DNA of 64,000 nucleotides from Balanoglossus misakiensis (lineage: Eukaryota > Animalia > Hemichordata). Below, piece by piece: positions 38,401-52,709 of the stretch. Location of the stretch: the NCBI GenBank assembly GCA_040954595.2, contig CM082582.2, positions 248,001 to 312,000 on the forward strand, written 5' to 3'. The notes beneath the pieces were generated by a model. The model had not been told where the DNA came from. It searched no databases and saw only the letters and a list, made by a program, of their open reading frames with translations. Numbering within the stretch: position 1 is the first letter of the stretch; every line of letters begins with the position of its first letter. Position numbers and translations under genes: made by a program.

Positions 38401-41400
38401 CACGCGTACAGAGAGCACGTTGATCAAGTCTGATCTCCTACGGCTTGGCTCGACTAAAACCCCGGCACACTATGACAGACACTAGCGTTAGTAAGCAACG
38501 TTGATCAAGTCAGATTTCCTACGGCATGGCTTGGCTAAAGCCCTGGCACTATAGAGCAGAAACACGCGTACAGAGACCACGTTGATCTACTCACATTTCC
38601 TTCGGCCTGGCACGGCTGATGCCCCGACACTATATATAGGACACAGACTGGCGTAAGTTAACAACGGTAATCACGTCGGGTTTCCTACGGCCTGGCTCAG
38701 CTGAAGCCCCGGCACTCTAGAGCAGAAACAGGCATACATTGACCACGTTGATCAATTCAGATTTCCTACGGCGTGACTCGGCTGGTGCACCGGCTCTATA
38801 TGACACAGACTGGCGTAAGTTATCAACGGTGATTACGTCGGATGTCCTACGGCCTGGTTTAGCTGAAGCCCCGGCACTTTAGAGCGGAAACACGCGTACA
38901 TTGACCACGATGATCAAGTCAGATCTCCTACGGCCTGGCTCGACTAAAACCCTGGCACACCATGACAGACACTAGCGTTCGTTAGCAACGGTGATCAAGT
39001 CGGATTTCCTTCGGCCTGGCTCTGCAAAAGACCCGACACTCTAGTACAAAGACGTTGGCTAAGTCGGGCAAACCGAAGAGGGAAAGTCACAGCGGGTCAA
39101 CACTCGACATTTGTTCGGGTAGGACTGCATTATTGCCTGTCAATTTATAGAGAAAGCTCGAATTTAACCAGGGCGTTTCAAACACCGACGTTAGTTGGGG
39201 GCACGGCCTGCAGTACTGCCGGGTAAGCTGACATCGGCGTACCGCATATAATGTAGGGGGGGGGGGGGGGAACAGAACGGTTTAATACTACATTTATCTG
39301 TTATCAGCTAATTTTGGACAATCATCTAAAATCTAAATCATTTTTTCATATTTGGATATCTGATGATGTATGAAATTTCCATTATATGTAAACATGGTGC
39401 TGATTATAAAAAATGCACTCTAATTTAATACAAAATTGCGTTTTATTCGTTTTTGCACCAAAAAGGTCATTTTTAGGCAAAGCATTCTTTATTTTTTTAA
39501 TTCGGTGACCTGATCATATATAAACAATTGCTTGTATGTTTAAAGTTTTTATGACTTTTAAAAGCAGTGACACTGGCGGCATTCAACACGAAAATAACAA
39601 TTTTAGCCACAATTTGGTCAAAATGGTAAATTTTTGAAAATTACATAAAATACCTGTTTTCTACATTTTCGGAAATCTGATGGAGTATGGAATGCTCTTC
39701 GTATGTTAATATCGATACAAATTCCACAAAAGACCGTCTAATTTGGCTCACTGCAGACAAAATTGCGTTTTACCAAATTTTCCTTGAAAATGTCATTTTT
39801 AGAAAAAAAAATAAAAAAACCTTTGTTCTTCGAATTTGGTGCCCTGATCATATATGACATGTTGATTGTATGTTAAAACTTTCGACCACTCCAAAAAAGC
39901 AGAGATATTGACGGAATTCAAGAAAAAATAGCAATTTTGGCCATATTTTGACAAAAATGGTAAATTTTTAAAAAATCATAAAAAATTAACTCTTTTCTTC
40001 ATTTTCGGAAATATTATGGAGCATGAAGTGTCGTTCTCTTGTAAAAAGTGCTGCAAATTCAAGAAAAGGCGGTATAATTTAAATCACCCAAGACAAAATT
40101 ACCATTTTCGACTTTTTTTCGAAAAATTGTCTTTTTTACAAAATAAATAAGAATAAATTCTTTTCTTAGTTTCAAACGGGTAGAGATACTTTCCACACGG
40201 GTTTTCTAACATTGAATTCCCGTTCATCAACTCAGATTTCCTACAGCATAAGTCGGCTAAAACCCTGACACTCTAGAGCAGAAACAGTTGCACACTGGTA
40301 ACGTTGAACAAGTCGATTTTTCTACGGCCTGGCTCGGCTAAATCTCCGTCACAATATGACAGACACTAGCGTACGTTAGCAACGGTGATGAAGTCAGATT
40401 TTCTACGGCATGGCTTGGATAAAGCCCCGGCACTCTAAAGCAGAAACACGCGTACAGAGAGCACGTTGATCAAGTCTGATCTCCTACGGCTTGGCTCGAC
40501 TAAAACCCCGGCACACTATGACAGACACTAGCGTTAGTAAGCAACGTTGATCAAGTCAGATTTCCTACGGCATGGCTTGGCTAAAGCCCTGTCACTATAG
40601 AGCAGAAACACGCGTACAGAGACCACGTTGATCTACTCACATTTCCTTCGGCCTGGCACGGCTGATGCCCCGGCACTATATATAGGACACAGACTGGCGT
40701 AAGTTAACAACGGTAATCACGTCGGGTTTCCTACGGCCTGGCTCAGCTGAAGCCCCGGCACTCTAGAGCAGAAACAGGCACACATTGACCACGTTGATCA
40801 AGTCAGATTTCCTACGGCGTGACTCGGCTGGTGCACCGGCTCTATATGACACAGACTGGCGTAAGTTATCAACGGTGATTACGTCGGATTTCCTACGGCC
40901 TGGTTTAGCTGAAGCCCCGGCACTTTAGAGCGGAAACACGCGTACATTGACCACGATGATCAAGTCAGATCTCCTACGGCCTGGCTCGACTAAAACCCCG
41001 GCACACCATGACAGACACTAGCGTTCGTTAGCAACGGTGATCAAGTCGGATTTCCTTCGGCCTGGCTCTGCAAAAGACCCGACACTCTAGTACAAAGACG
41101 TTGGCTAAGTCGGGCAAACCGAAGAGGGAAAGTCACAGCGGGTCAACACTCGACATTTGTTCGGGTAGGACTGCATTATTGCCTGTCAATTTATAGAGAA
41201 AGCTCGAATTTAACCAGGGCGTTTCAAACACCGACGTTAGTTGGGGGCACGGCCTGCAGTACTGCCGGGTAAGCTGACATCGGCGTACCGCATATAATGT
41301 AGGGGGGGGGGGGGAAACAGAACGGTTCAATACTACATTTATTAGATATCAGCTAATTTTGGACAATCATCTAAAATCTAAATCATTTTTTCATATTTGG

Positions 41401-44400
41401 ATATCTGATGATGTATGAAATTTCCATTATATGTAAACATGGTGCTGATTATAAAAAATGCACTCTAATTTAATACAAAATTGCGTTTTATTCGTTTTTG
41501 CACCAAAAAGGTCATTTTTAGGCAAAGCATTCTTTATTTTTTTAATTCGGTGACCTGATCATATATAAACAATTGCTTGTATGTTTAAAGATTTTATGAC
41601 TTTTAAAAGCAGTGACACTGGCGGCATTCAACACGAAAATAACAATTTTAGCCACAATTTGGTCAAAATGGTAAATTTTTGAAAATTACAAAAAATACCT
41701 GTTTTCTACATTTTCGGAAATCTGATGGAGTATGGAATGCTCTTCGTATGTTAATATCGATACAAATTCCACAAAAGACCGTCTAATTTGGCTCACTGCA
41801 GACAAAATTGCGTTTTACCAAATTTTCCTTGAAAATGTCATTTTTAGAAAAAAAATAAAAAAACCTTTGTTCTTCGAATTTGGTGCCCTGATCATATATG
41901 ACATGTTGATTGTATGTTAAAACTTTCGACCACTCCAAAAAAGCAGAGATATTGACGGAATTCAAGAAAAAATAGCAATTTTGGCCATATTTTGACAAAA
42001 ATGGTAAATTTTTAAAAAATCATAAAAAATTAACTCTTTTCTTCATTTTCGGAAATATTATGGAGCATGAAGTGTCGTTCTCTTGTAAAAAGTGCTGCAA
42101 ATTCAAGAAAAGGCGGTATAATTTAAATCACCCAAGACAAAATTACCATTTTCGACTTTTTTTCGAAAAATTGTCTTTTTTACAAAATAAATAAGAATAA
42201 ATTCTTTTCTTAGTTTCAAACGGGTAGAGATACTTTCCACACGGGTTTTCTAACATTGAATTCCCGTTCATCAACTCAGATTTCCTACAGCATAAGTCGG
42301 CTAAAACCCTGACACTCTAGAGCAGAAACAGTTGTACACTGGTAACGTTGAACAAGTCGATTTTTCTACGGCCTGGCTCGGCTAAATCTCCGTCACAATA
42401 TGACAGACACTAGCGTACGTTAGCAACGGTGATGAAGTCAGATTTTCTACGGCATGGCTTGGATAAAGCCCCGGCACTCTAAAGCAGAAACACGCGTACA
42501 GAGAGCACGTTGATCAAGTCTGATCTCCTACGGCTTGGCTCGACTAAAACCCCGGCACACTATGACAGACACTAGCGTTAGTAAGCAACGTTGATCAAGT
42601 CAGATTTCCTACGGCATGGCTTGGCTAAAGCCCTGGCACTATAGAGCAGAAACACGCGTACAGAGACCACGTTGATCTACTCACATTTCCTTCGGCCTGG
42701 CACGGCTGATGCCCCGACACTATATATAGGACAGAGACTGGCGTAAGTTAACAACGGTAATCACGTCGGGTTTCCTACGGCCTGGCTCAGCTGAAGCCCC
42801 GGCACTCTAGAGCAGAAACAGGCATACATTGACCACGTTGATCAATTCAGATTTCCTACGGCGTGACTCGGCTGGTGCACCGGCTCTATATGACACAGAC
42901 TGGCGTAAGTTATCAACGGTGATTACGTCGGATGTCCTACGGCCTGGTTTAGCTGAAGCCCCGGCACTTTAGAGCGGAAACACGCGTACATTGACCACGA
43001 TGATCAAGTCAGATCTCCTACGGCCTGGCTCGACTAAAACCCTGGCACACCATGACAGACACTAGCGTTCGTTAGCAACGGTGATCAAGTCGGATTTCCT
43101 TCGGCCTGGCTCTGCAAAAGACCCGACACTCTAGTACAAAGACGTTGGCTAAGTCGGGCAAACCGAAGAGGGAAAGTCACAGCGGGTCAACACTCGACAT
43201 TTGTTCGGGTAGGACTGCATTATTGCCTGTCAATTTATAGAGAAAGCTCGAATTTAACCAGGGCGTTTCAAACACCGACGTTAGTTGGGGGCACGGCCTG
43301 CAGTACTGCCGGGTAAGCTGACATCGGCGTACCGCATATAATGTAGGGGGGGGGGGGACAGAACGGTTTAATACTACATTTATCTGTTATCAGCTAATTT
43401 TGGACAATCATCTAAAATCTAAATCATTTTTTCATATTTGGATATCTGATGATGTATGAAATTTCCATTATATGTAAAAATGGTGCTGATTATAAAAAAT
43501 GCACTCTAATTTAATACAAAATTGCGTTTTATTCGTTTTTGCACCAAAAAGGTCATTTTTAGGCAAAGCATTCTTTATTTTTTTAATTCGGTGACCTGAT
43601 CATATATAAACAATTGTTTGTACGTTTAAAGTTTTTATGACTTTTAAAAGCAGTGACACTGGCGGCATTCAACACGAAAATAACAATTTTAGCCACAATT
43701 TGGTCAAAATGGTAAATTTTTGAAAATTACAAAAAATACCTGTTTTCTACATTTTCGGAAATCTGATGGAGTATAGAATGCTCTTCGTATGTATATATCG
43801 ATACAAATTCCACAAAAGACCGTCTAATTTGGCTCACTGCAGACAAAATTGCGTTTTACCAAATTTTCCTTGAAAATGTCATTTTTAGAAAAAAAATAAA
43901 AAAACCTTTGTTCTTCGAATTTGGTGCCCTGATCATATATGACATGTTGATTGTATGTTAAAACTTTCGACCACTCCAAAAAAGCAGAGATATTGACGCA
44001 ATTCAAGAAAAAATAGCAATTTTGGCCATATTTTGACAAAAATGGTAAATTTTTAAAAAATCATAAAAAATTAACTCTTTTCTTCATTTTCGGAAATATA
44101 ATGGAGCATGAAGTGTCGTTCTCTTGTAAAAAGTGCTGCAAATTCAAGAAAAGGCGGTATAATTTAAATCACCCAAGACAAAATTACCATTTTCGACTTT
44201 TTTTCGAAAAATTGTCTTTTTTACAAAATAAATAAGAATAAATTCTTTTCTTAGTTTCAAACGGGTAGAGATACTTTCCACACGGGTTTTCTAACATTGA
44301 ATTCCCGTTCATCAACTCAGATTTCCTACAGCATAAGTCGGCTAAAACCCTGACACTCTAGAGCAGAAACAGTTGTACACTGGTAACGTTGAACAAGTCG

Positions 44401-47400
44401 ATTTTTCTACGGCCTGGCTCGGCTAAATCTCCGTCACAATATGACAGACACTAGCGTACGTTAGCAACGGTGATGAAGTCAGATTTTCTACGGCATGGCT
44501 TGGATAAAGCCCCGGCACTCTAAAGCAGAAACACGCGTACAGAGAGCACGTTGATCAAGTCTGATCTCCTACGGCTTGGCTCGACTAAAACCCCGGCACA
44601 CTATGACAGACACTAGCGTTAGTAAGCAACGTTGATCAAGTCAGATTTCCTACGGCATGGCTTGGCTAAAGCCCTGGCACTATAGAGCAGAAACACGCGT
44701 ACAGAGACCACGTTGATCTACTCACATTTCCTTCGGCCTGGCACGGCTGATGCCCCGGCACTATATATAGGACACAGACTGGCGTAAGTTAACAACGGTA
44801 ATCACGTCGGGTTTCCTACGGCCTGGCTCAGCTGAAGCCCCGGCACTCTAGAGCAGAAACAGGCATACATTGACCACGTTGATCAATTCAGATTTCCTAC
44901 GGCGTGACTCGGCTGGTGCACCGGCTCTATATGACACAGACTGGCGTAAGTTATCAACGGTGATTACGTCGGATGTCCTACGGCCTGGTTTAGCTGAAGC
45001 CCCGCACTTTAGAGCGGAAACACGCGTACATTGACCACGATGATCAAGTCAGATCTCCTACGGCCTGGCTCGACTAAAACCCCGGCAAACCATGACAGAC
45101 ACTAGCGTTCGTTAGCAACGGTGATCAAGTCGGATTTCCTTCGGCCTGGCTCTGCAAAAGACCCGACACTCTAGTACAAAGACGTTGGCTAAGTCGGGCA
45201 AACCGAAGAGGGAAAGTCACAGCGGGTCAACACTCGACATTTGTTCGGGTAGGACTGCATTATTGCCTGTCGATTTATAGAGAAAGCTCGAATTTAACCA
45301 GGGCGTTTCAAACACCGACGTTAGTTGGGGGCACGGCCTGCAGTACTGCCGGGTAAGCTGACATCGGCGTACCGCATATAATGTAGGGGGGGGGGGAACA
45401 GAACGGTTTAATACTACATTTATCTGTTATCAGCTAATTTTGGACAATAATCTAAAATCTAAATCATTTTTTCATATTTGGATATCTGATGATGTATGAA
45501 ATTTCCATTATATGTAAAAATGGTGCTGATTATAAAAAATGCACTCTAATTTAATACAAAATTGCGTTTTATTCGTTTTTGCACCAAAAAGGTCATTTTT
45601 AGGCAAAGCATTCTTTATTTTTTTAATTCGGTGACCTGATCATATATAAACAATTGCTTGTATGTTTAAAGTTTTTATGACTTTTAAAAGCAGTGACACT
45701 GGCGGCATTCAACACGAAAATAACAATTTTAGCCACAATTTGGTCAAAATGGTAAATTTTTGAAAATTACAAAAAATACCTGTTTTCTACATTTTCGGAA
45801 ATCTGATGGAGTATAGAATGCTCTTCGTATGTATATATCGATACAAATTCCACAAAAGACCGTCTAATTTGGCTCACTGCAGACAAAATTGCGTTTTACC
45901 AATTTTCCTTGAAAATGTCATTTTTAGAAAAAAAAATAAAAAAACCTTTGTTCTTCGAATTTTGTGCCCTGATCATATATGACATTTTGATTGTATGTTA
46001 AAACACTCGACCACTCCAAAAAAGCAGAGATATTGACGAAATTCAAGAAAAATAGCAATTTTGGCCATATTTTGACAAAAATGGTAAATTTTTAAAAAAT
46101 CATAAAAAATTTACTCTTTTCTTCATTTTCGGAAATATTATGGAGCATGAAGTGTCGTTCTCTTGTAAAAAGTGCTGCAAATTCAAGAAAAGGCGGTATA
46201 ATTTAAATCACCCAAGACAAAATTACCATTTTCGACTTTTTTTCGAAAAATTGTCTTTTTTACAAAATAAATAAGAATAAATTCTTTTCTTAGTTTCAAA
46301 CGGGTAGAGATACTTTCCACACGGGTTTTCTAACATTGAATTCCCGTTCATCAACTCAGATTTCCTACAGCATAAGTCGGCTAAAACCCTGACACTCTAG
46401 AGCAGAAACAGTTGCACACTTGTAACGTTGAACAAGTCGATTTTTCTACGGCCTGGCTCGGCTAAATCTCCGTCACAATATGACAGACACTAGCGTACGT
46501 TAGCAACGGTGATGAAGTCAGATTTTCTACGGCATGGCTTGGATAAAGCCCCGGCACTCTAAAGCAGAAACACGCGTACAGAGAGCACGTTGATCAAGTC
46601 TGATCTCCTACGGTTTGGCTCGACTAAAACCCCGGCACACTATGACAGACACTAGCGTTAGTAAGCAACGTTGATCAAGTCAGATTTCCTACGGCATGGC
46701 TTGGCTAAAGCCCTGGCACTATAGAGCAGAAACACGCGTACAGAGACCACGTTGATCTACTCACATTTCCTTCGGCCTGGCACGGCTGATGCCCCGGCTC
46801 TATATATAGGACACAGACTGGCGTAAGTTAACAACGGTAATCACGTCGGGTTTCCTACGGCCTGGCTCAGCTGAAGCCCCGGCACTCTAGAGCAGAAACA
46901 GGCATACATTGACCACGTTGATCAAGTCAGATTTCCTACGGCGTGACTCGGCTGGTGCACCGGCTCTATATGACACAGACTGGCGTAAGTTATCAACAGT
47001 GATTACGTCGGATTTCCTACGGCCTGGTTTAGCTGAAGCCCCGGCACTTTAGAGCGGAAACACGCGTACATTGACCACGATGATCAAGTCAGATCTCCTA
47101 CGGCCTGGCTCGACTAAAACCCCGGCACACCATGACAGACACTAGCGTTCGTTAGCAACGGTGATCAAGTCGGATTTCCTTCGGCCTGGCTCTGCAAAAG
47201 ACCCGACACTCTAGTACAAAGACGTTGGCTAAGTCGGGCAAACCGAAGAGGGAAAGTCACAGCGGTTCAACACTCGACATTTGTTCGGGTAGGACTGCAT
47301 TATTGCCTGTCAATTTATAGAGAAAGCTCGAATTTAACCAGGGCGTTTCAAACACCGACGTTAGTTGGGGGCACGGCCTGCAGTACTGCCGGGTAAGCTG

Positions 47401-48115
47401 ACAACGGCGTACCGCATATAATGTAGGGGGGGGGGGGGGGGAACAGAACGGTTTAATACTACATTTATCTGTTATCAGCTAATTTTGGACAATCATCTAA
47501 AATCTAAATCATTTTTTCATATTTGGATATCTGATGATGTATGAAATTTCCATTATATGTAAACATGGTGCTGATTATAAAAAATGCACTCTAATTTAAT
47601 ACAAAATTGCGTTTTATTCGTTTTTGCACCAAAAAGGTCATTTTTAGGCAAAGCATTCTTTATTTTTTTAATTCGGTGACCTGATCATATATAAACAATT
47701 GCTTGTATGTCTAAAGTTTTTATGACTTTTAAAAGCAGTGACACTGGCGGCATTCAACACGAAAATAACAATTTTAGCCACAATTTGGTCAAAATGGTAA
47801 ATTTTTGAAAATTACAAAAAATACCTGTTTTCTACATTTTCGGAAATCTGATGGAGTATAGAATGCTCTTCGTATGTATATATCGATACAAATTCCACAA
47901 AAGACCGTCTAATTTGGCTCACTGCAGAAGAATTGCGTTTTACCAAATTTTCCTTGAAAATGTCATTTTTAGAAAAAAAAAATAAAAAAACCTTTGTTCT
48001 TCGAATTTGGTGCCCTGATCATATATGACATGTTGATTATATGTTAAAACTTTCGACCACTCCAAAAATGCAGAGATATTGACGGAATTCAAGAAAAAAT
48101 AGCCATTTTGGCCAT

Positions 48116-51100
48116 CTTGGTAAGTATCAATTTTTTGTATATTATTGAGGTAAGATAAAAATGTGCGAAGGTTTGGCAATACTGGCTTAAATTTATATTT
48201 AAAGATAAAATTCTTTGAAAGTAATATAAAGTAATTCAGGGCTAACCACTCATCGTTTGTGTGGTTACTTTGAAAATTCTATTTTATACCCACCAAAACA
48301 TCAAAAGGGGACAGCTCAATGGCAATATTACACTTTGTCTGTAATTGCAACTCTACATCCTTCCAAAAAGACAAAATACAGTCGCATTCGAAAAATAAAT
48401 GTATAAGGATTTCCTCATAATTTTCACAGAAGGTGCATTTCACAGAATCGCATTTTCCCCCTTATCTTTAAAAATGTATTTGTAGTACAGATTCTACTAG
48501 CAATTCTGAATTGAAAATTACGCAAAGTAGAATCCTTTGTTACAATAAATGGTAAAGCATAGTGTAATTGCGAATCAAAATTCCCGAAGAGGTCTTTCCA
48601 TTTTTGCGTACATCACATCGGTTTAAGATTATTCTTCAAAAATAACTTATTATAAGTAAAATAGAGTAGGTTTTTTTCAGGATCTATTTGTGTAATACAT
48701 GTTTGGGTGGTCATTATTTACAGAGCCTTGTTGCTGAATCATTCTGAACCGTGATCTTGGAAAAGCGTTGATTAAACCCATATGAAGTTTGGTGAAAAAT
48801 TATGTCTGTTACTAAAATCTTGGAAAGATAAAATGGAACCGGAAAAATCTAATAAATCCGAAATATACATTACAACATTATCATACCAGTTTTTATAAAA
48901 TATGGTAGCGTTGTTAACTTTCAGCTCTGGTTGAACCATATACACTTTTTTATGTTATTAATAGGGTCGGGGGGGGGGGGGGTAAAGTTTTTGACCAACA
49001 TAGTAGTACTGAGTACCAGAAGCTATGACGTGAAAATCTGTTTCTGGCAAACTCCACGACCTGAGCGGGGGTGAAGTGGGTAAGATAGCAGGGGATATAC
49101 CCACAGTTTAAACATTTCTATCCACTGAGAATATTGATTGGACATTAATCTGTTAATCCACGAAGCATGCACTGCTTGAACGAATGAGGGAAGATGGGTC
49201 ATTCGCAAACCCCACTCATCACAATTACAACATAATCTTAATCTATTGACTTTATCAGGTTTTGAATTCCGATAAAACTCTAATAAGTGTACATATTTGA
49301 TTATCTGACATGGGAGGTAAGGATGAGAAAATATGAATAAACTTTGACAAAGCAAGTGTTTTAGCTATTGTAATCTTGCCAAACAAGGTCACAGGTCGCC
49401 ATGACCACTTAGTAAGCAGTGTGGACACTTCCCTTACTTTTGGTGTAAAATTTAACATATCGAGCCCAACAAGATCAACGTTCAGGTTAATACCAAGAAC
49501 TGTTAACGGTTCATCAACCCATAATAAGTTCTTGTTTGGCAACAAAATATCATGTGAATGGCATTTAGCGCCAAACCAAACCAATTTAGTTTTTTGGTAG
49601 TTAATTCGCAAACCCGACAGAAAAGTAAAGAAACCCAAGGTAGCAAACAGATTTTTCAGAGAACTTTCAGAACCATCTAAATATACAAAAATATCATCTG
49701 CGTATTGCCCCAGTAATTTTTTTTTATCTCTAAGTGTAATTCCTTCTATATTACTATGGGCTCTGATTTCATGCGCAAGTTTTTCAACACAGGTGATAAA
49801 CAGGTACGGTGATAGAGGATCACCTTGTCTAACACCTCTCTCGAGGGGAAAAAATCAGGAAAGTTTCCGTTATTTATAACACAACTAGTGGTGTTTTTAT
49901 AAAACACTTTGACCCATTTTCTGAAAGAGGGATAAAAATTAAACTTTCTCAATGCTTTATCGATAAATTCCCAAGAAAGCGTGTCAAACGCCATTTCAAA
50001 GTCTAGAAGTACAAGAAAACCTTGTCTATCTTTGAAGTTAACGATACATCATCAATCAAACGTGTATTTTCACCAATATACCTTCCTTTCCTCAAAAAAC
50101 CTTTCTAGTCAGGGTGAATAATTTTTGGCAAGAACCGTTTCATACGGTTTGCTATAACACCAGATGCAATCTTATCATCCGTGTTTAGCAATGTAATACG
50201 GCGCCAATTTTCCATGTGAAATCTATTCTTGTTGGGTTTCGGGATACAAGTAACAATTCCCCGCTTTTGAGAAATAGACATTTCGCCTGAGGAGTAGGCG
50301 GAATTAATTGCACGGGCTATATAAACACCAATGTCGGGCCAAAAAAATTTCGGCAGAAAAACCGTCTGTTCCTGGTGACTTATTATTTGCTATTGACTTC
50401 AACACTACTCCACATTCATGCTTAGACAGGGCCCCTTCCAAAGAATCCCGTTCCTCAGTACTCAAAGTAGGCAAAGTATTTCCATGCTGCATAAAATTAT
50501 CTAACTGATCAATATTGCAAGCAACGTTTTTGGTAGCCGCATATAGATTCCGGTAAAACTTAGATTGTTCACGAAGGATGTCTTCGTCCTCAGTTATTGT
50601 GGAGCCAACACTCAGGCACAGCTGACCGATGGCTTTATTGGTGAAATGTCTCTTTTCCATAGAGCAAAAATACTTAGTAGGTTTTTCCCCTTCTGTAGAC
50701 CACCTGGCCCGAGCACGTACGCGACTTCCTTCTACTTTTTTGACAGTATGCTATCAACTGTTCTTTTTTCATGCAGTTCATCTAACATGTCAGGCGTTTA
50801 TAGATCATTCACACGAGTTTCTAGTAAAATATTCTCCGTTTCAAGCTGTTTCTCGGCCCTAATAAATTCCTAGTGGCATACGAAATCGTAACTCCACGAA
50901 TTTTTATTTTCAACGTATCCAAGAAAAGTTGATCCGAAATGGTAAAAGTGGGACCAGCTTGAGAGCTTCCCTCCTGTCTGTACTCATCCTTAGTATCCCG
51001 AATTGTGTTTTAACAATGTCCACATAATCGTTGTCATCCGAGAGAGACGTATTGCAGAGTGGTCACTCCGGTAACCGACACAAATATTTGCAGTTGCGGT

Positions 51101-51374
51101 CATATTAGCGAATTCAGGCGTAATAAGAAAATAATCCAGTCTTTTGCGCCTAAACTACGTAAATGTACGCGAGGACTCGTTTATCATCCGCCAAATATCT
51201 ATCAAATTATACTCATCACAGAGAAGATCAATTTGTTGCCTTGCATCCGAGTGAGAGTCTGTAGTGCGGCCAGCTGTGTCAGCATCAAAACCCTCACTAC
51301 ATTCCAGTCCCCAACTGCAATAACTGAATTATTACCAAACATATTGATCTGCCATTTCAAATCAATATAGAATC
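48116..51374 (-). mobile_element. Decayed L1/Tx1-clade LINE ORF2, copy 1 (both ends truncated)
   Basis: APE remnants VIAVGDWN and GYRSDH; KSPGTDGFSAE; WRRITLLNTDDKI; AFDTLSWEFI; GVRQGDPLSPYLF; QYADD; LFGKITIAKTLALSKF; CTFCENYEEILIHLFFEC knuckle; many frameshifts. Confidence 0.93.
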
Positions 51375-52709
51375 TAGTACCACCTACCCCAAGACCATGC
51401 GTAATCCCATAGGATACACACATTTCAAAGTTGTCTCTAAAGAAGTGTTTTATTGTTAAATAACTAATGTTAACATTTCCTTTCTTGTTTAGTATATATA
51501 GAAGTCAATAATCCAAACCCCAAAAAGCTGTCAAAAATTTGCTTCACAAAAACAAAATCACAATCATTGCGTTGTCTTTGGGGATGAATATTTTCAAAAT
51601 TGCCGAAGAAAATAATTTAAAAATCATATAATTAAATAATCAAAAATTAATTTTACTCCTATTTGCACTTCCCGTAAAGAGCAGTGTCTAAGCTTTCTAA
51701 AAATATAAGGTTTATGTACTTTGAAGCTAGCTTTATTGTTGTAGGAGAGGATATAGTACCCCCTACCCGAAGACCATGCGTAATCCCATAGGATACATGC
51801 ATTTCAAAGTTGTCTCTAAAGAAGTATTGTATTGTTATATAACTAATGTTAACATTTGTTTTCTTGTTTAATAAATAGAAGTCAATAATCCAAACCCCCA
51901 AAGATGTCAATAATTTGCTTCACAAAAAAAAAATCACAATTGTTGCGTTGTCTTTGGGGTGAATATTTTCAAAATTGCCGAAAAAATTAATTTAAAAATC
52001 TTATAATTAAATATTCATAATTTTTTTTATAATTAAGTTTGTGCTTCCCGTAAAGAGCAGTGTCTAAGCTTTCTAAAAATATAAGGTTTATGTAATTGTT
52101 TGCTAGTTTTATTTTTTTTAGGAGAGGATATAGTACCCCCCTACCCCAAGACCATGCGTAATCCCATAGGATACATGCATTTCAAAGTTGTCTCTAAAGA
52201 AGTATTGTATTGTTAAATAACTAATGTTAACATTTGTTTTCTTGTTTAATATATAGAATTAAATAATCCAAACCTAAAACGTTGTCAAAAATTTGCTTCA
52301 CAAAAAGAAAATCACAATTGTAACATTGTCTTTTGAGTGAAAACTTTCAAAATTGCCGAAAAAATTAATTTAAAAATCATCTAATTAAATATTCATAAAT
52401 ATTGTTTAATAAAGTTTGTGCTTCCCGTAAAGAGCAGTATCTAAGCTTTCTAAAAATATGAGGTTTATGTAATTTCATGGTAGTTTTATTTTTTTAGGAG
52501 AGAATATAGTACCCCCTACCCCAACCCATTTTTCGCCATTTTGAGCGGCACATACCATTCAAAAACCACCCCGGAGGGGTAGTGCAACCCAAATATTCAA
52601 TGTTAACATCTTTTTTCTTGTTCAGCACGTTCTAAAGAACAAAAAAATACCCAAGTGGTAGGTTTATGGGGGGGGGGGTGCACGGTGGACCCGTCGAGCC
52701 CACGGACTA
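51375..52709 (-). mobile_element. Helentron/HINE-like element with three ~377-bp tandem units and a terminal hairpin, copy 1
   Basis: TAGTACC(A/C)CCTACCC at ~51375, 51754, 52131, 52507; end GTGGACCCGTCGAGCCCACGGACTA forms a short stem-loop. Confidence 0.6.
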
